NCBI GenBank assembly: GCA_000438415.1
Contig: FR902240.1
Location: 52,307 to 116,306 of the forward strand
DNA length: 64,000 nt
Direction: 5' to 3'
From: Clostridium sp. CAG:628
GTDB taxonomy: Bacteria > Bacillota_I > Bacilli_A > RF39 > UBA660
Shown in pieces: positions 1 to 9,171 of the stretch (the stretch's first letter is position 1; every line of letters begins with the position of its first letter). A program made the position numbers and the translations under genes. Below the pieces are notes generated by a model. That model had not been told where the DNA came from and made no database searches. It was given only the letters and a program-made list of their open reading frames with translations.

Positions 1-97
1 TGGTTACACAAAAACCTCTTTAGGTAATAATGTACTAAGAACTGAAACAGTTTTATTAACTGTATGTTCTATTATTAATTATGTGAAGGGTGAGTAA
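1..97 (+). CDS. rsmE: 3' end of 16S rRNA m3U1498 methyltransferase RsmE (partial, runs off window start)
   Basis: Frame starting at nt 2 ends ...LGNNVLRTETVLLTVCSIINYVKGE*, resembling the RsmE C-terminus (LG.R.LRTET...ALS). The rsmE-mtaB synteny (yqeU-yqeV in Bacillus) supports the call. Confidence 0.4.
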   Translation, partial: GYTKTSLGNNVLRTETVLLTVCSIINYVKGE

Positions 98-100
98 ATA

Positions 101-760
101 ATGAAAGATGGAATTAATAATTTTATAGAATTACTAGTAAAAGGAGATTTCTTTCTAATATTTTTAATAATAATGATGATAGTAATTTTGTCTGTAATAA
201 TATATTTAATTAAATTACAAATAAATGAAAAATATTATTATGATAATGAAGAAGATGTTGATGATGATTTTATTGATAAGTTTGAAAATAAAGAAGAACT
301 TCCAGTAAAAGAGAGTATGAATAAAGAACCTGTTACAGAAACAATAAAAGAAACTCCTAGATTAGTAAATCAAACAAAATTTGATTTTGAAAAAAATGAT
401 GTAGTTGATTCCATAAAAAGTTATGAAACTGATCAAGAAGAAATGGCTATAATATCTGCTAGTGAACTAGAAAGTAGAATAAAAAACATGAAAGAAACTG
501 GAGAATATGAAAAACATTTTGATAAAATAAACGAATATGAAAGTGATCAAGAAAATCAAGCAATTATTAGTTATGATGAATTATTAAGAAGAGCTTCCTC
601 TAACAACATTAGTTACGAGAGTGAAGAAAATTTAGGTGGTATCAAAGTTAGTAAAGTTGATACTAGTAAAATAGAAATTAAAAGCGAAGAAAGTAATAAA
701 CCTTATTACAGGGAAGAATCTTTCTTAAATGCTTTAAAGGAGTTCAGGGAGAGTTTATAA
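101..760 (+). CDS. Hypothetical membrane-anchored acidic protein with an internal repeat (YE[TS]DQE..AIIS..EL occurs twice)
   Basis: ORF with a GGTGAG RBS, one N-terminal TM helix and an acidic repeat-containing tail. No recognisable family. Confidence 0.45.
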   Translation: MKDGINNFIELLVKGDFFLIFLIIMMIVILSVIIYLIKLQINEKYYYDNEEDVDDDFIDKFENKEELPVKESMNKEPVTETIKETPRLVNQTKFDFEKNDVVDSIKSYETDQEEMAIISASELESRIKNMKETGEYEKHFDKINEYESDQENQAIISYDELLRRASSNNISYESEENLGGIKVSKVDTSKIEIKSEESNKPYYREESFLNALKEFRESL

Positions 761-2016
761 TGAAATTTTGTATTAAAACATTAGGTTGCAAAGTTAATAC
801 ATATGAAAGTGAATTTATCCATGGCCTTTTCATTAGAAAAGGCTATACTTATAGTGAAGAAAATGCTGATATATATGTAGTTAACACATGTACTGTAACA
901 AATATGAGTGATAAAAAAAGTAGACAAATAATTAATAGTCTTAGAAAAAATAATGAAAATAGTATAATTGTAGTATGTGGATGTTTTTCACAAAATGCAT
1001 TTAATACTGGAAGATTAGAAGAAATAAATGCAGATATTATACTAGGTAACAAAGATAAAAGCAAAATAGTAGAATATGTAGAAGATTATATAAAAAATAA
1101 AAAACAGAAGAAAGTGTTTTATAATATAGAAGATGTTCCTTTTGAAGATATGGAATTAGATAGTATGAATAATAGAACTCGTGCTTTTGTTAAGATAGAA
1201 GATGGTTGTGAAAACTATTGTACTTATTGTATAATCCCTTATGTAAGAGGTAAAGTAAGAAGTAAAAGGCATGAGTTTGTAATTGAAGAAGTAACTAAGT
1301 TAGTATCTTTAGGGTATAAGGAAGTAGTATTAACTGGAATACATACTGGTCACTATATAGATGGTGAATATAAATTTGCAGATTTACTTAAAGATTTAGT
1401 TAAAATTGATGGCTTAGTAAGATTAAGAATAAGTTCTATTGAAATAAATGAATTAACAGATGAAGTATTAGATATATTCAAAGAAAGTAACATTCTAGTA
1501 CCTCACTTACACATACCACTTCAAAGTGGAAGCAATCATATATTAAAAGAAATGAATAGAAAGTATGATAAAGAATACTTTATAAATAGAATAGACTATA
1601 TAAAAAGTATAAAAGAAGATGTAAGTATTACAACTGATGTCATAACTGGTTTTCCAGGAGAAACTGATGAAGAACACATTGAATCTATAAAAACAATTAA
1701 AAGAATAGGTTTTACAAAAGTTCATGTTTTTCCATATAGTGATAGATATGGTACTGTTGCAAGCAAGATGCCTAATAAAGTTGATGGAAATATTAAAAAA
1801 TCTAGGGTTAGAGACTTACTAGAACTTAGTCAAGAATTAGAAAGTACTTTTTATAAAAAGTTTTATAATAGAACTATGAAAGTACTTATTGAAGAAGAAA
1901 AAGATGGCTACTTCTATGGACACACAGCTAATTTTATAAAAGTAAAGGTAAGTGGAAACTTTGTTCAAAATGAAATATATGATATATTATTAACTGAAGA
2001 TAATATAGTTAGTTAA
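760..2016 (+). CDS. mtaB: tRNA t6A37 methylthiotransferase MtaB (radical SAM, MiaB-like)
   Basis: N-terminus MKFCIKTLGCKVNTYESE and a radical-SAM CxxxCxxC (CENYCTYC). Length is 418 aa with no long TRAM extension, and the gene sits after rsmE as in Bacillus yqeV. Confidence 0.8.
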   Translation: MKFCIKTLGCKVNTYESEFIHGLFIRKGYTYSEENADIYVVNTCTVTNMSDKKSRQIINSLRKNNENSIIVVCGCFSQNAFNTGRLEEINADIILGNKDKSKIVEYVEDYIKNKKQKKVFYNIEDVPFEDMELDSMNNRTRAFVKIEDGCENYCTYCIIPYVRGKVRSKRHEFVIEEVTKLVSLGYKEVVLTGIHTGHYIDGEYKFADLLKDLVKIDGLVRLRISSIEINELTDEVLDIFKESNILVPHLHIPLQSGSNHILKEMNRKYDKEYFINRIDYIKSIKEDVSITTDVITGFPGETDEEHIESIKTIKRIGFTKVHVFPYSDRYGTVASKMPNKVDGNIKKSRVRDLLELSQELESTFYKKFYNRTMKVLIEEEKDGYFYGHTANFIKVKVSGNFVQNEIYDILLTEDNIVS

Positions 2017-2019
2017 ATA

Positions 2020-2046
2020 AAGCCTTGTAAAAGGCTTTTCTTTTTG
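2020..2046 (+). terminator. Rho-independent terminator after mtaB (AAGCCTT-gtaa-AAGGCTT plus U-tract); overlaps the next promoter
   Basis: A 7-bp stem with a 4-nt loop is followed by TTCTTTTTG. Confidence 0.6.
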
Positions 2047-2064
2047 TACCAAATATGGTATAAT
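2045..2064 (+). promoter_or_regulatory. Sigma-A-type promoter with the conserved 20-mer TGTACCAAATATGGTATAAT (extended -10)
   Basis: Identical 20-mer at 8380..8399. Close variants at 20861..20880 and 30790..30809. Each is followed about 20 nt later by a GGGGGA-type RBS and a gene. Confidence 0.55.
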
Positions 2065-2086
2065 CAATACATATGAGGGGGAAAAC

Positions 2087-3139
2087 ATGAATTATAAATT
2101 ATTAAATGATATAGATAAACTAAATAACTTTGGCGAAATAGAATTAAATGAAAGAGTATATATTTTTAAAGAAAATGATAAGTTATACATTTCCTCATTA
2201 CTTGAAGACTACAAAGAAGCAAAAGAAGTGTATCATTATTTAAAAAATAAAGGTTTTGATGTAATAATTATTAGTAGTGGTACTAAAATTCTAATCAGTA
2301 AAAAATTAAATAAACTTTATAATGGTATACCTAAAAAAGATTTAATTTACGCATATAATATATTTGAAGAAGATTTTGCGCGTTACACCTATGATGAACT
2401 TATAGGAGTAGAAGCATTAATAAAGTATTATAAAGATTTTATTCCTAAGACATTTTCTCCATTAGAAAAATTAATATTTGCATATGATATAGTTAAATCA
2501 GTTAAATGTAAAGAAAAAGAAGTAAACGAAGTATGGACAGGTAACATTAACTATTTTATGGATACAGGTTACATTGCATGTGCAGGTTTTAGTTCATTAC
2601 TTACTATGATTTTAGAAGATATTGACCCTGATTTATCCGTGAAAAATAACAGTTTAATGATAAATAGTATAGAAGGACATGCTAGAAATATAGTTTTAAT
2701 AAATGATAAAAAGTATAACTTCAAAGGAATATATACTATGGATGCAACATGGGATAGAAGTGAATTTAATAATGATAACTATAAATATTTCTTATTAAAT
2801 AATTCAGAACAAAAGAATAGTTATAACAAAATATCTAGTTTAATATTTAGTGATTATGATCATATCCTAAAAGAAAACAAAAAAGAAAATAAATTAAAAT
2901 TAACTAAAAGTTTTGAAGAAACTTTTTATAAAAGGATGAATAGAAAGTTAATGCTATCATACCTTAATGAAGAAAAAGATACTTTATTAATATTAAAAGC
3001 ACTTATAATAGTAAAAAAAGAAGAAGGCTATTCTGAACTAGATACAATTAGAAGTTTACATAGATATTTAAAAAATGATGAAGAAAGTAAAAAGTTATAT
3101 AGTAAAAAAGTTAGATCTTTAGTAAGTCAAATTTTTTAA
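2087..3139 (+). CDS. Hypothetical cytoplasmic protein (350 aa)
   Basis: ORF with AGGGGGAAAA RBS; no recognisable motif. Confidence 0.45.
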   Translation: MNYKLLNDIDKLNNFGEIELNERVYIFKENDKLYISSLLEDYKEAKEVYHYLKNKGFDVIIISSGTKILISKKLNKLYNGIPKKDLIYAYNIFEEDFARYTYDELIGVEALIKYYKDFIPKTFSPLEKLIFAYDIVKSVKCKEKEVNEVWTGNINYFMDTGYIACAGFSSLLTMILEDIDPDLSVKNNSLMINSIEGHARNIVLINDKKYNFKGIYTMDATWDRSEFNNDNYKYFLLNNSEQKNSYNKISSLIFSDYDHILKENKKENKLKLTKSFEETFYKRMNRKLMLSYLNEEKDTLLILKALIIVKKEEGYSELDTIRSLHRYLKNDEESKKLYSKKVRSLVSQIF

Positions 3140-3221
3140 CAATTATGACTTTTTTTCTTTTTAAATAAATGTTATAATTTACTTAGGAAGAGAAATAAAA
3201 TGTTTCGTAAGGAGGTTTAAC

Positions 3222-4817
3222 ATGAAAAAAGAAACAATAATCAGTTTAATTATTACTCTTGTGGTTGGATTAGTCACATTTTATATATTTTTGCCACCAA
3301 TAAATTTACATAGTTTAGGTTTTCTAACTTATTTATTATTTTTACTAATAGTATTTACTATCTGTAATTCACTAGGTAGTATTGTTTCAAGAAGAAAATT
3401 TAAAGACATAATGTTTGCAACTAAATATTTAGTAATTGGATGCATTATAATTTTTGCTTACATTTTTATAGGTAATATTGTATGTAGTCCAATATTTATG
3501 AGTAAAAGTTATAGTGAAAGAATAACTATAAATCAAGATAATGATTTTGTAACAGATGTAAAAGAAGTAGACTTTAATAAATTACCATTACTTGATAAAG
3601 ACAGTACAGAAAAACTAGGAGACAGAGTAATGGGTAGAATGCCTGAAATGGTTAGTCAATACTATGTAAGTGATTATTATACACAAATTAATTATGATGG
3701 AAAAATAGTTAGAGTAACACCATTAGAATACAATGGTTTCTTTAAATGGATTAAGAATAAAAGTAAAGGTATAGTAGGTTATATCACAGTAAATAGTGTA
3801 GACGGTTCTAGTGAGTTAGTAGAGTTAAAGAGTGGTATAAAATACTCTAACAGTGCATACTTTAGTAAATATTTAAAAAGACACTTAAGATTTAATTATC
3901 CAACTTTCATTTTTGGAGACGAGAACTTTGAGTTAGATAATGATGGTAATCCTTACTGGATAGTACCAGTTATAAAATATACTGCTGTTGGTTTAAAAAG
4001 AGATGTTAAAGGTGTAGTAATAGTAAACCCAATTAATGGAGAAACTAAATATTATTCAGTAGGTGAAGTGCCTAGTTGGGTAGACCATGTGTATGACGCA
4101 GACCTTATAATTGAACAAGCAGACGACTGGGGAATGTATCAAAAAGGATTCTTAAATACAATATTCAGTCAAACTGGAGTAGTAATGACAACTGATGGGT
4201 ACAATTATTTAGTACAAGATGATGACGTATACTTGTATACCGGAATAACTTCAGTTTCAAGTGACGAAAGTAATATTGGTTTCATATTAACTAATATGAG
4301 AACTAAAGAAACTAATTTCTATCAAGTACCTGGTGCAGAAGAATATTCAGCAATGGCAAGTGCAGAAGGACAAGTGCAACAAATGAAGTACACAAGCACA
4401 TTCCCACTTTTAATAAATCTAAACAACAGACCTACTTACTTAGTAAGTTTAAAAGACAATGCAGGACTTGTTAAAATGTATGGATTTGTTGACGTGGAAG
4501 ACTACCAAAAAGTAGTAGTAACTGACGCTTCTCTAGGAATAGAAAAAGCAAAAGAAAACTATTTAAATAATATGCCTTCAACTAGCACTGGAAAAGAAGA
4601 AAATAAAGTTATTACAATAGAAAATATAACTAGTGTAGTAATAGATGGTAATACATATTACTATATAACAGATACTGAAGGTAGTAAATATAAAGTTAGC
4701 ATAAAAGTAGAAAAAGACATCTTACCTTTCTTAAATAAAGGTAGTGTAGTAGAAGTGTACTATAACTCTAAAACTGATGTAACTAGCATTACAAAATTAC
4801 AAAAAGCACTAGATTAA
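3222..4817 (+). CDS. Hypothetical membrane protein with 3 N-terminal TM helices and a large extracytoplasmic domain
   Basis: ORF with AAGGAGG RBS and a hydrophobic N-terminus; no family recognised. Confidence 0.45.
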   Translation: MKKETIISLIITLVVGLVTFYIFLPPINLHSLGFLTYLLFLLIVFTICNSLGSIVSRRKFKDIMFATKYLVIGCIIIFAYIFIGNIVCSPIFMSKSYSERITINQDNDFVTDVKEVDFNKLPLLDKDSTEKLGDRVMGRMPEMVSQYYVSDYYTQINYDGKIVRVTPLEYNGFFKWIKNKSKGIVGYITVNSVDGSSELVELKSGIKYSNSAYFSKYLKRHLRFNYPTFIFGDENFELDNDGNPYWIVPVIKYTAVGLKRDVKGVVIVNPINGETKYYSVGEVPSWVDHVYDADLIIEQADDWGMYQKGFLNTIFSQTGVVMTTDGYNYLVQDDDVYLYTGITSVSSDESNIGFILTNMRTKETNFYQVPGAEEYSAMASAEGQVQQMKYTSTFPLLINLNNRPTYLVSLKDNAGLVKMYGFVDVEDYQKVVVTDASLGIEKAKENYLNNMPSTSTGKEENKVITIENITSVVIDGNTYYYITDTEGSKYKVSIKVEKDILPFLNKGSVVEVYYNSKTDVTSITKLQKALD

Positions 4818-4849
4818 AAGTGCCTTTTTGTATGTTAAACACAAAACTA

Positions 4850-5095
4850 CTTGACAAACAACTTAAAAGTAACTATAATTTAAGTATATTATTTATTTAG
4901 AGGAGTAATGTATTTACTATTTATAGAGAGTTAACGATAGGTGTAAGTTAATATTAAGTGGTACATGAAGACACTAAACTAGAAAGTAATCGTAATTTCT
5001 GCGTTAAAGAATTAAAGAGTATAGTATGACTATAAATTAAGGTGGTACCGCTGCTAACAAGCAGTCCTTAAGTTTATAGTCTTTTTATTTTAAGG
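4850..5095 (+). promoter_or_regulatory. T-box leader of aspS, putative Asp GAC specifier, with the conserved T-box sequence and a terminator hairpin
   Basis: AAGGTGGTACCGCTG (T-box consensus AGGGTGGNACCGCG) lies at about 5038..5055. It is embedded in the hairpin GACTATAAATTAAGG...CCTTAAGTTTATAGTC followed by TTTTTATTTT. GAC sits in the loop at 5026..5028. Confidence 0.65.
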
Positions 5096-5108
5096 AGAGT
5101 GAAAAAAT

Positions 5109-6848
5109 ATGGAAAACATTTACAGAAATGTATATTCAGGTGAAGTTGACGAAACTTACGCTGGAAAAGAAGTCAGAGTCGCTGGTTGGATTAATAGCAT
5201 TAGAAAACTAGGTGGTTTAACATTTGTTACTTTAAGAGACGAAAAAGGTATCGTACAAATCATAACAGAAGACGCTGATATGTTTAAAGGAATAACTAGG
5301 GAAAGCACAGTTACTATTACAGGTACAGTAAGGTTAAGAACTGAAGATATGATTAACCCTAACATGAAAACAGGAAAAATAGAAATTCTTGCAAGCAGTG
5401 TAGAAGTACTAGGAGAATGTGCGAGCATTTTACCTTTTGAAATAAATAGAAGTAGAGAAGAAGCAAGCGAAGAAACTAGATTAAAATATAGATATCTAGA
5501 TTTAAGAAACCCAAAAGTACATGATAACATGGTATTTAGGTTTAAAGTAATAGACTATATTAGAAGTCTTATGAAAAGTATGGACTTCACAGAAATATCT
5601 ACACCAATAATTACAACATCAAGTCCAGAAGGTGCAAGAGATTTTATAATTCCAAGTAGAAAATATAAAGGAAAATTCTATGCGCTTCCTCAAGCACCAC
5701 AAATATATAAACAATTACTGATGGTAAGTGGATTTAACAAATACTTCCAAATTGCACCTTGCTTTAGAGACGAAGACTGTCGTGCAGATAGAACTTTAGA
5801 GTTTTACCAACTAGACTTTGAAATGAGTTTTGTTACAGAAGAAGATGTATACAAAGTTGGAGAAAAAATATTCTATGATGTATTTAGTAACTTTACAGAT
5901 AAGTATGTAAGTCCTGCACCATTTAGAAGAATTCCTTATAGTGAAGCAATGCTTAAATATGGAAGTGATAAACCAGACTTAAGAAATCCATTAATTATAA
6001 GTGAGTTAACAAATATCTTTAAAAATACTACTTTCACTCCATTTATTGGCAGCACTGTAAGAGGTATTAAAGTTTCAAATATAGAAAAATCTAATAGCTG
6101 GTACAAGAAAATGGAAGAGTATGCTAAAGAAATCGGAATGAGTGGGCTTGCTTACTTAAAAGTAACAGAAGAAAATGCTTTAAAAGGAAGTTTAGACAAA
6201 TACTTAACTGATCAAGAAAGAAGTGAGTTATTTACTAGTCTTGAACTTAAAACTAACGATACATTATTTATTATAAGCGATAAAAAGAAATGTGAAAAAT
6301 ATGCTGGACTTTTAAGAACTAAACTAGGCGAAGAACTAGATCTAATTGATAAAGATAGATATGAATTTTGCATAGTAAACGATTTTCCATTCTATGAATG
6401 GAACGAAGAAGATAACAAGTGGGATTTTGGACACAATCCATTTAGTATGCCACAAGGTGGGTTAGATGCACTTAACAACGAACCTATTGAAAGTATTCTA
6501 GCATATCAATATGACTTTGTATGTAATGGTTGTGAAATGGCTAGTGGTGCAGTAAGAAACCATAGTATTGAAATAATGAAAAAAGCCTTTGAACTTGCTG
6601 GTTATGACGAAGAAGTAGTTAAAACTAAATTCAAGAGCTTGTATACAGCTTTTCAGTATGGTGCTCCACCACATGCTGGTATGGCTCCTGGAATAGATAG
6701 AATAATAATGCTTTTAACTGGAGAAGAAAATCTAAGAGAAGTTCAAATATTCCCACCAAACGTAAGTGGCCAAGACTTACTTATGGGTGGACCTACAGAA
6801 GTAACAGAAACTCAGCTAAGAGAAACTCACTTAAAAATTAGAGATTAA
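5109..6848 (+). CDS. aspS: Aspartyl-tRNA synthetase
   Basis: Class II aaRS motifs are present (QLDFEMSF, GGLDALN, GMAPGIDRIIMLL). It has an N-terminal OB fold and is 579 aa. Confidence 0.95.
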   Translation: MENIYRNVYSGEVDETYAGKEVRVAGWINSIRKLGGLTFVTLRDEKGIVQIITEDADMFKGITRESTVTITGTVRLRTEDMINPNMKTGKIEILASSVEVLGECASILPFEINRSREEASEETRLKYRYLDLRNPKVHDNMVFRFKVIDYIRSLMKSMDFTEISTPIITTSSPEGARDFIIPSRKYKGKFYALPQAPQIYKQLLMVSGFNKYFQIAPCFRDEDCRADRTLEFYQLDFEMSFVTEEDVYKVGEKIFYDVFSNFTDKYVSPAPFRRIPYSEAMLKYGSDKPDLRNPLIISELTNIFKNTTFTPFIGSTVRGIKVSNIEKSNSWYKKMEEYAKEIGMSGLAYLKVTEENALKGSLDKYLTDQERSELFTSLELKTNDTLFIISDKKKCEKYAGLLRTKLGEELDLIDKDRYEFCIVNDFPFYEWNEEDNKWDFGHNPFSMPQGGLDALNNEPIESILAYQYDFVCNGCEMASGAVRNHSIEIMKKAFELAGYDEEVVKTKFKSLYTAFQYGAPPHAGMAPGIDRIIMLLTGEENLREVQIFPPNVSGQDLLMGGPTEVTETQLRETHLKIRD

Positions 6849-6855
6849 CTATAAA

Positions 6856-6918
6856 AAATGATAAATTTTGTCAAAAAAAGCAGAAAATCACACACTTGAG
6901 ACAAATTTATCATTTTTA
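6856..6918 (+). terminator. Putative aspS terminator (long stem, large loop)
   Basis: AATGATAAATTTTGTC ... GACAAATTTATCATT followed by TTTAT. Confidence 0.4.
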
Positions 6919-6919
6919 T

Positions 6920-7099
6920 CTTGCATTTTCATAATTTATAGTATATAATACTAAATGAAAAGAGAAAGAAGTGTATCCACACTCGCCTGACTTACGAAAG
7001 TTCGTAGGCATAAAGCTTAAAGATTTATATCTTTTTTGTTCTATTAAAAAGTGGATGCATTTTGCATTCACTTTTTATATGTTTTTGGAGGTGTTTACA
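6920..7099 (+). promoter_or_regulatory. infC promoter (TTGCAT-17-TATAAT) plus a putative L20-binding autoregulatory leader
   Basis: -35 at 6920..6925 and -10 at 6943..6948. The leader contains the hairpin CTTACGAA-AG-TTCGTAGG and a short hairpin plus U-run (AAGATTTATATCTTTTTT). This resembles the L20 leader seen upstream of infC in Firmicutes. Confidence 0.4.
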
Positions 7100-7621
7100 A
7101 TAGCTAAACAAAATGATAATGTTCTAATAAATGAACAAATAAAATTCGATGAAGTAATGGTAATTGGACCTAACGGAGAAAAATTAGGGATTAAAAAAAG
7201 AGAAGATGCTCTAACATTAGCAAATTATGCTGGATTAGATTTAGTACTTATGTCTTCAAATGGAGTACCAGTTTGTAAAGTAATAGACTATAACAAATTT
7301 AAGTACGAAAAATTAAAAAAAGAAAAAGAGGCTAAGAAAAAGCAAAGAGAACAAAACCTTGAATTAAAAGAATACAGATTATCAGTAACAATTGACGTTC
7401 ATGATTTTGAAACTAAATTAAAAAATGCAAAAGCCTATATTGAAAAAGGACATAAAGTTAAAGTATCAGTTAGGTTTAAAGGTAGACAAATTGCTCATCC
7501 AGAACTAGGACGTGAAGTAATAGTAAAGTTTGCTGATAAGTTAAGTGATGTTGCAAGCATTACAGAACAACCAAAATTAGAAGGTAGAACTATTAGTTTA
7601 GTAGTAGCACCAAAAAAATAA
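7100..7621 (+). CDS. infC: Translation initiation factor IF-3, probable non-AUG (ATA) start
   Basis: IF-3 homology begins at IAKQNDNVLINEQIKFDEVMVIGPNGEKLGI. GGAGGTG lies 6 nt upstream of ATA at 7100. The 5' part of the listed ORF (6971..7099) overlaps the leader and shows no IF-3 similarity. Confidence 0.75.
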   Translation: MAKQNDNVLINEQIKFDEVMVIGPNGEKLGIKKREDALTLANYAGLDLVLMSSNGVPVCKVIDYNKFKYEKLKKEKEAKKKQREQNLELKEYRLSVTIDVHDFETKLKNAKAYIEKGHKVKVSVRFKGRQIAHPELGREVIVKFADKLSDVASITEQPKLEGRTISLVVAPKK

Positions 7622-7638
7622 TGAAGGAGGGTGGCATC

Positions 7639-7827
7639 ATGCCAAAACAAAAATCACATAAAGGAATAGCAAAAAAAGTAACTGTAAGACCTGGTGGAAG
7701 TACTAAAATTGGTAAACCAGGAGCAAATCATATGAGTGGTAAAAAACCAACAAGTTTCAATAGAAAATTTAGAAAAGGATCTGCTTTAAGTCAAGCTGAC
7801 ACAAACAGATACAAGAAAGCGTTATAA
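7639..7827 (+). CDS. rpmI: 50S ribosomal protein L35
   Basis: MPKQKSHKGIAKKVTVRPGGS... with RBS GAAGGAGGGTGG. Confidence 0.9.
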   Translation: MPKQKSHKGIAKKVTVRPGGSTKIGKPGANHMSGKKPTSFNRKFRKGSALSQADTNRYKKAL

Positions 7828-7839
7828 GGGGGGATATAG

Positions 7840-8340
7840 ATGACAAGAGTTAAAGGTGGAACAGTTTCAAGAGCAAGAAGAAAGAAAGTTTTAAACAGAG
7901 CAAAAGGTTATTTTGGAAGTAAACATAGACTTTATAAAACTGCTCAAGAACAATTAATGCACAGTGGTGTATATAGTTTCAATGATAGAAAGAAAAATAA
8001 AGGTAACTTCAGAAAATTATGGATAACAAGAATTAATGCTGCTTGTAGAATGAATAATATAAGTTATTCTAAGTTCATTGATGGTCTTAATAAAGCTGGA
8101 GTTGAAATCAATAGAAAGATGCTTAGTGAATTAGCAATTCAAGATATGAATGAATTTAATAAACTTGTAGAAGTTGCTAAAAAAGCATTAGAAAATGGAA
8201 AAGTTGAGACTGAAACTAAAACTGAAAGTAATGATTTAAGTAGTAAAACAGTTGCTGAATTAAAAGCACTTGCTAAAGAAAAAGGTATAGAAGGTTACAC
8301 AACTATGAAAAAAGCAGATTTATTAAATGCTTTAAAATAG
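7840..8340 (+). CDS. rplT: 50S ribosomal protein L20 with a C-terminal extension of about 45 aa ending in a Rho-N-like motif
   Basis: L20 core [18 protein letters not shown]...[11 protein letters not shown]. The extra tail ends ...[30 protein letters not shown]. Confidence 0.9.
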   Translation: MTRVKGGTVSRARRKKVLNRAKGYFGSKHRLYKTAQEQLMHSGVYSFNDRKKNKGNFRKLWITRINAACRMNNISYSKFIDGLNKAGVEINRKMLSELAIQDMNEFNKLVEVAKKALENGKVETETKTESNDLSSKTVAELKALAKEKGIEGYTTMKKADLLNALK

Positions 8341-8341
8341 A

Positions 8342-8365
8342 AGAGTAAACTTCTTTTTTTATATA
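8342..8365 (+). terminator. Terminator after rplT
   Basis: AGAAG-agtaaa-CTTCT followed by a T-run. Confidence 0.55.
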
Positions 8366-8423
8366 TTAATTTGCATTTCTGTACCAAATATGGTATAATA
8401 TAAACAACTAAGGGGGAATGTAA

Positions 8424-9161
8424 GTGACACATGAAGAAAAATGGTTAGAACATTATAAATATGCAGTAGAATACTATAATAAACATCATGATTTAAAAAT
8501 ACCTACTAGTTATGAAGTAACAACAAGCCAAAATAAAACACTAAAGTTAGGTTGGTGGATATTTTATCAAAGAAAAGCTTATAAAGGAGACAAGTCCCCA
8601 CTATCCACTGAACAAATAAATTTATTAAATAAAATTGGCATGGTTTGGCAAATATATGATAAAGAAAAAATAAATGATACAGAAAAAATAAAAGAAAAAG
8701 AAATGAAAACATGGCTAAAGTATTATAAGGAATTATTAATGTATTACAAAAAACATGGAAATGTTCTAATGAATATTGATTATAAAGTGATAGATGAAAA
8801 TGGAGAAACTTTAGAACTTGGTAATTGGCTAACTATTCAACAATTTAAATATGAAAAAGGTAAATTGAGTTTAGAAAAAATAAAACTATTAAATGAAACT
8901 GGGATGAACTTAAATACTAGTGTTAAAATGAAATGGTTAGAAAACTATGAATATGCACGTCTTTATTATCTAGAAAATAATAACCTATTAGTACCACAAA
9001 AATTTAAAGTATACTTACCTAATAAAACTATTAATTTAGGTTCATGGATCAATACTCAAAGACAAAATTATAAGAAAAACATTTTAAATGTTGAACAAAT
9101 AAATTTACTAAATGATATTGAAATGGTATGGGATGTGAAAATATATAATAAAAAGTTATAA
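8424..9161 (+). CDS. Helicase-associated (HA) domain protein with three tandem HA repeats
   Basis: The unit W..YK....YY..H..L..P.......LG.W...Q...YK.....LS.E.I.LLN.IGM.W recurs three times. It has the conserved 20-mer promoter and a GGGGGAA RBS. Confidence 0.55.
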   Translation: MTHEEKWLEHYKYAVEYYNKHHDLKIPTSYEVTTSQNKTLKLGWWIFYQRKAYKGDKSPLSTEQINLLNKIGMVWQIYDKEKINDTEKIKEKEMKTWLKYYKELLMYYKKHGNVLMNIDYKVIDENGETLELGNWLTIQQFKYEKGKLSLEKIKLLNETGMNLNTSVKMKWLENYEYARLYYLENNNLLVPQKFKVYLPNKTINLGSWINTQRQNYKKNILNVEQINLLNDIEMVWDVKIYNKKL

Positions 9162-9171
9162 AGGAGAAAAT

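Noticed and set aside
849-1064. Minus-strand 71-aa ORF inside mtaB (similar antisense ORFs at 1543..1725, 5156..5530, 8506..8712, 9797..9988, 10657..10896, 11604..11843, 12651..12923, 15223..15426, 19934..20125)
   Set aside because: They lie entirely within or opposite well-supported genes and have low-complexity hydrophobic translations typical of AT-rich antisense frames. None has an RBS.
6971-7099. 5' extension of the infC ORF (MYPHSPDLRKFVGIKLKD...)
   Set aside because: It overlaps the aspS terminator, promoter and structured leader, and has no IF-3 similarity. IF-3 homology begins at ATA 7100, which is preceded by a GGAGGTG RBS.
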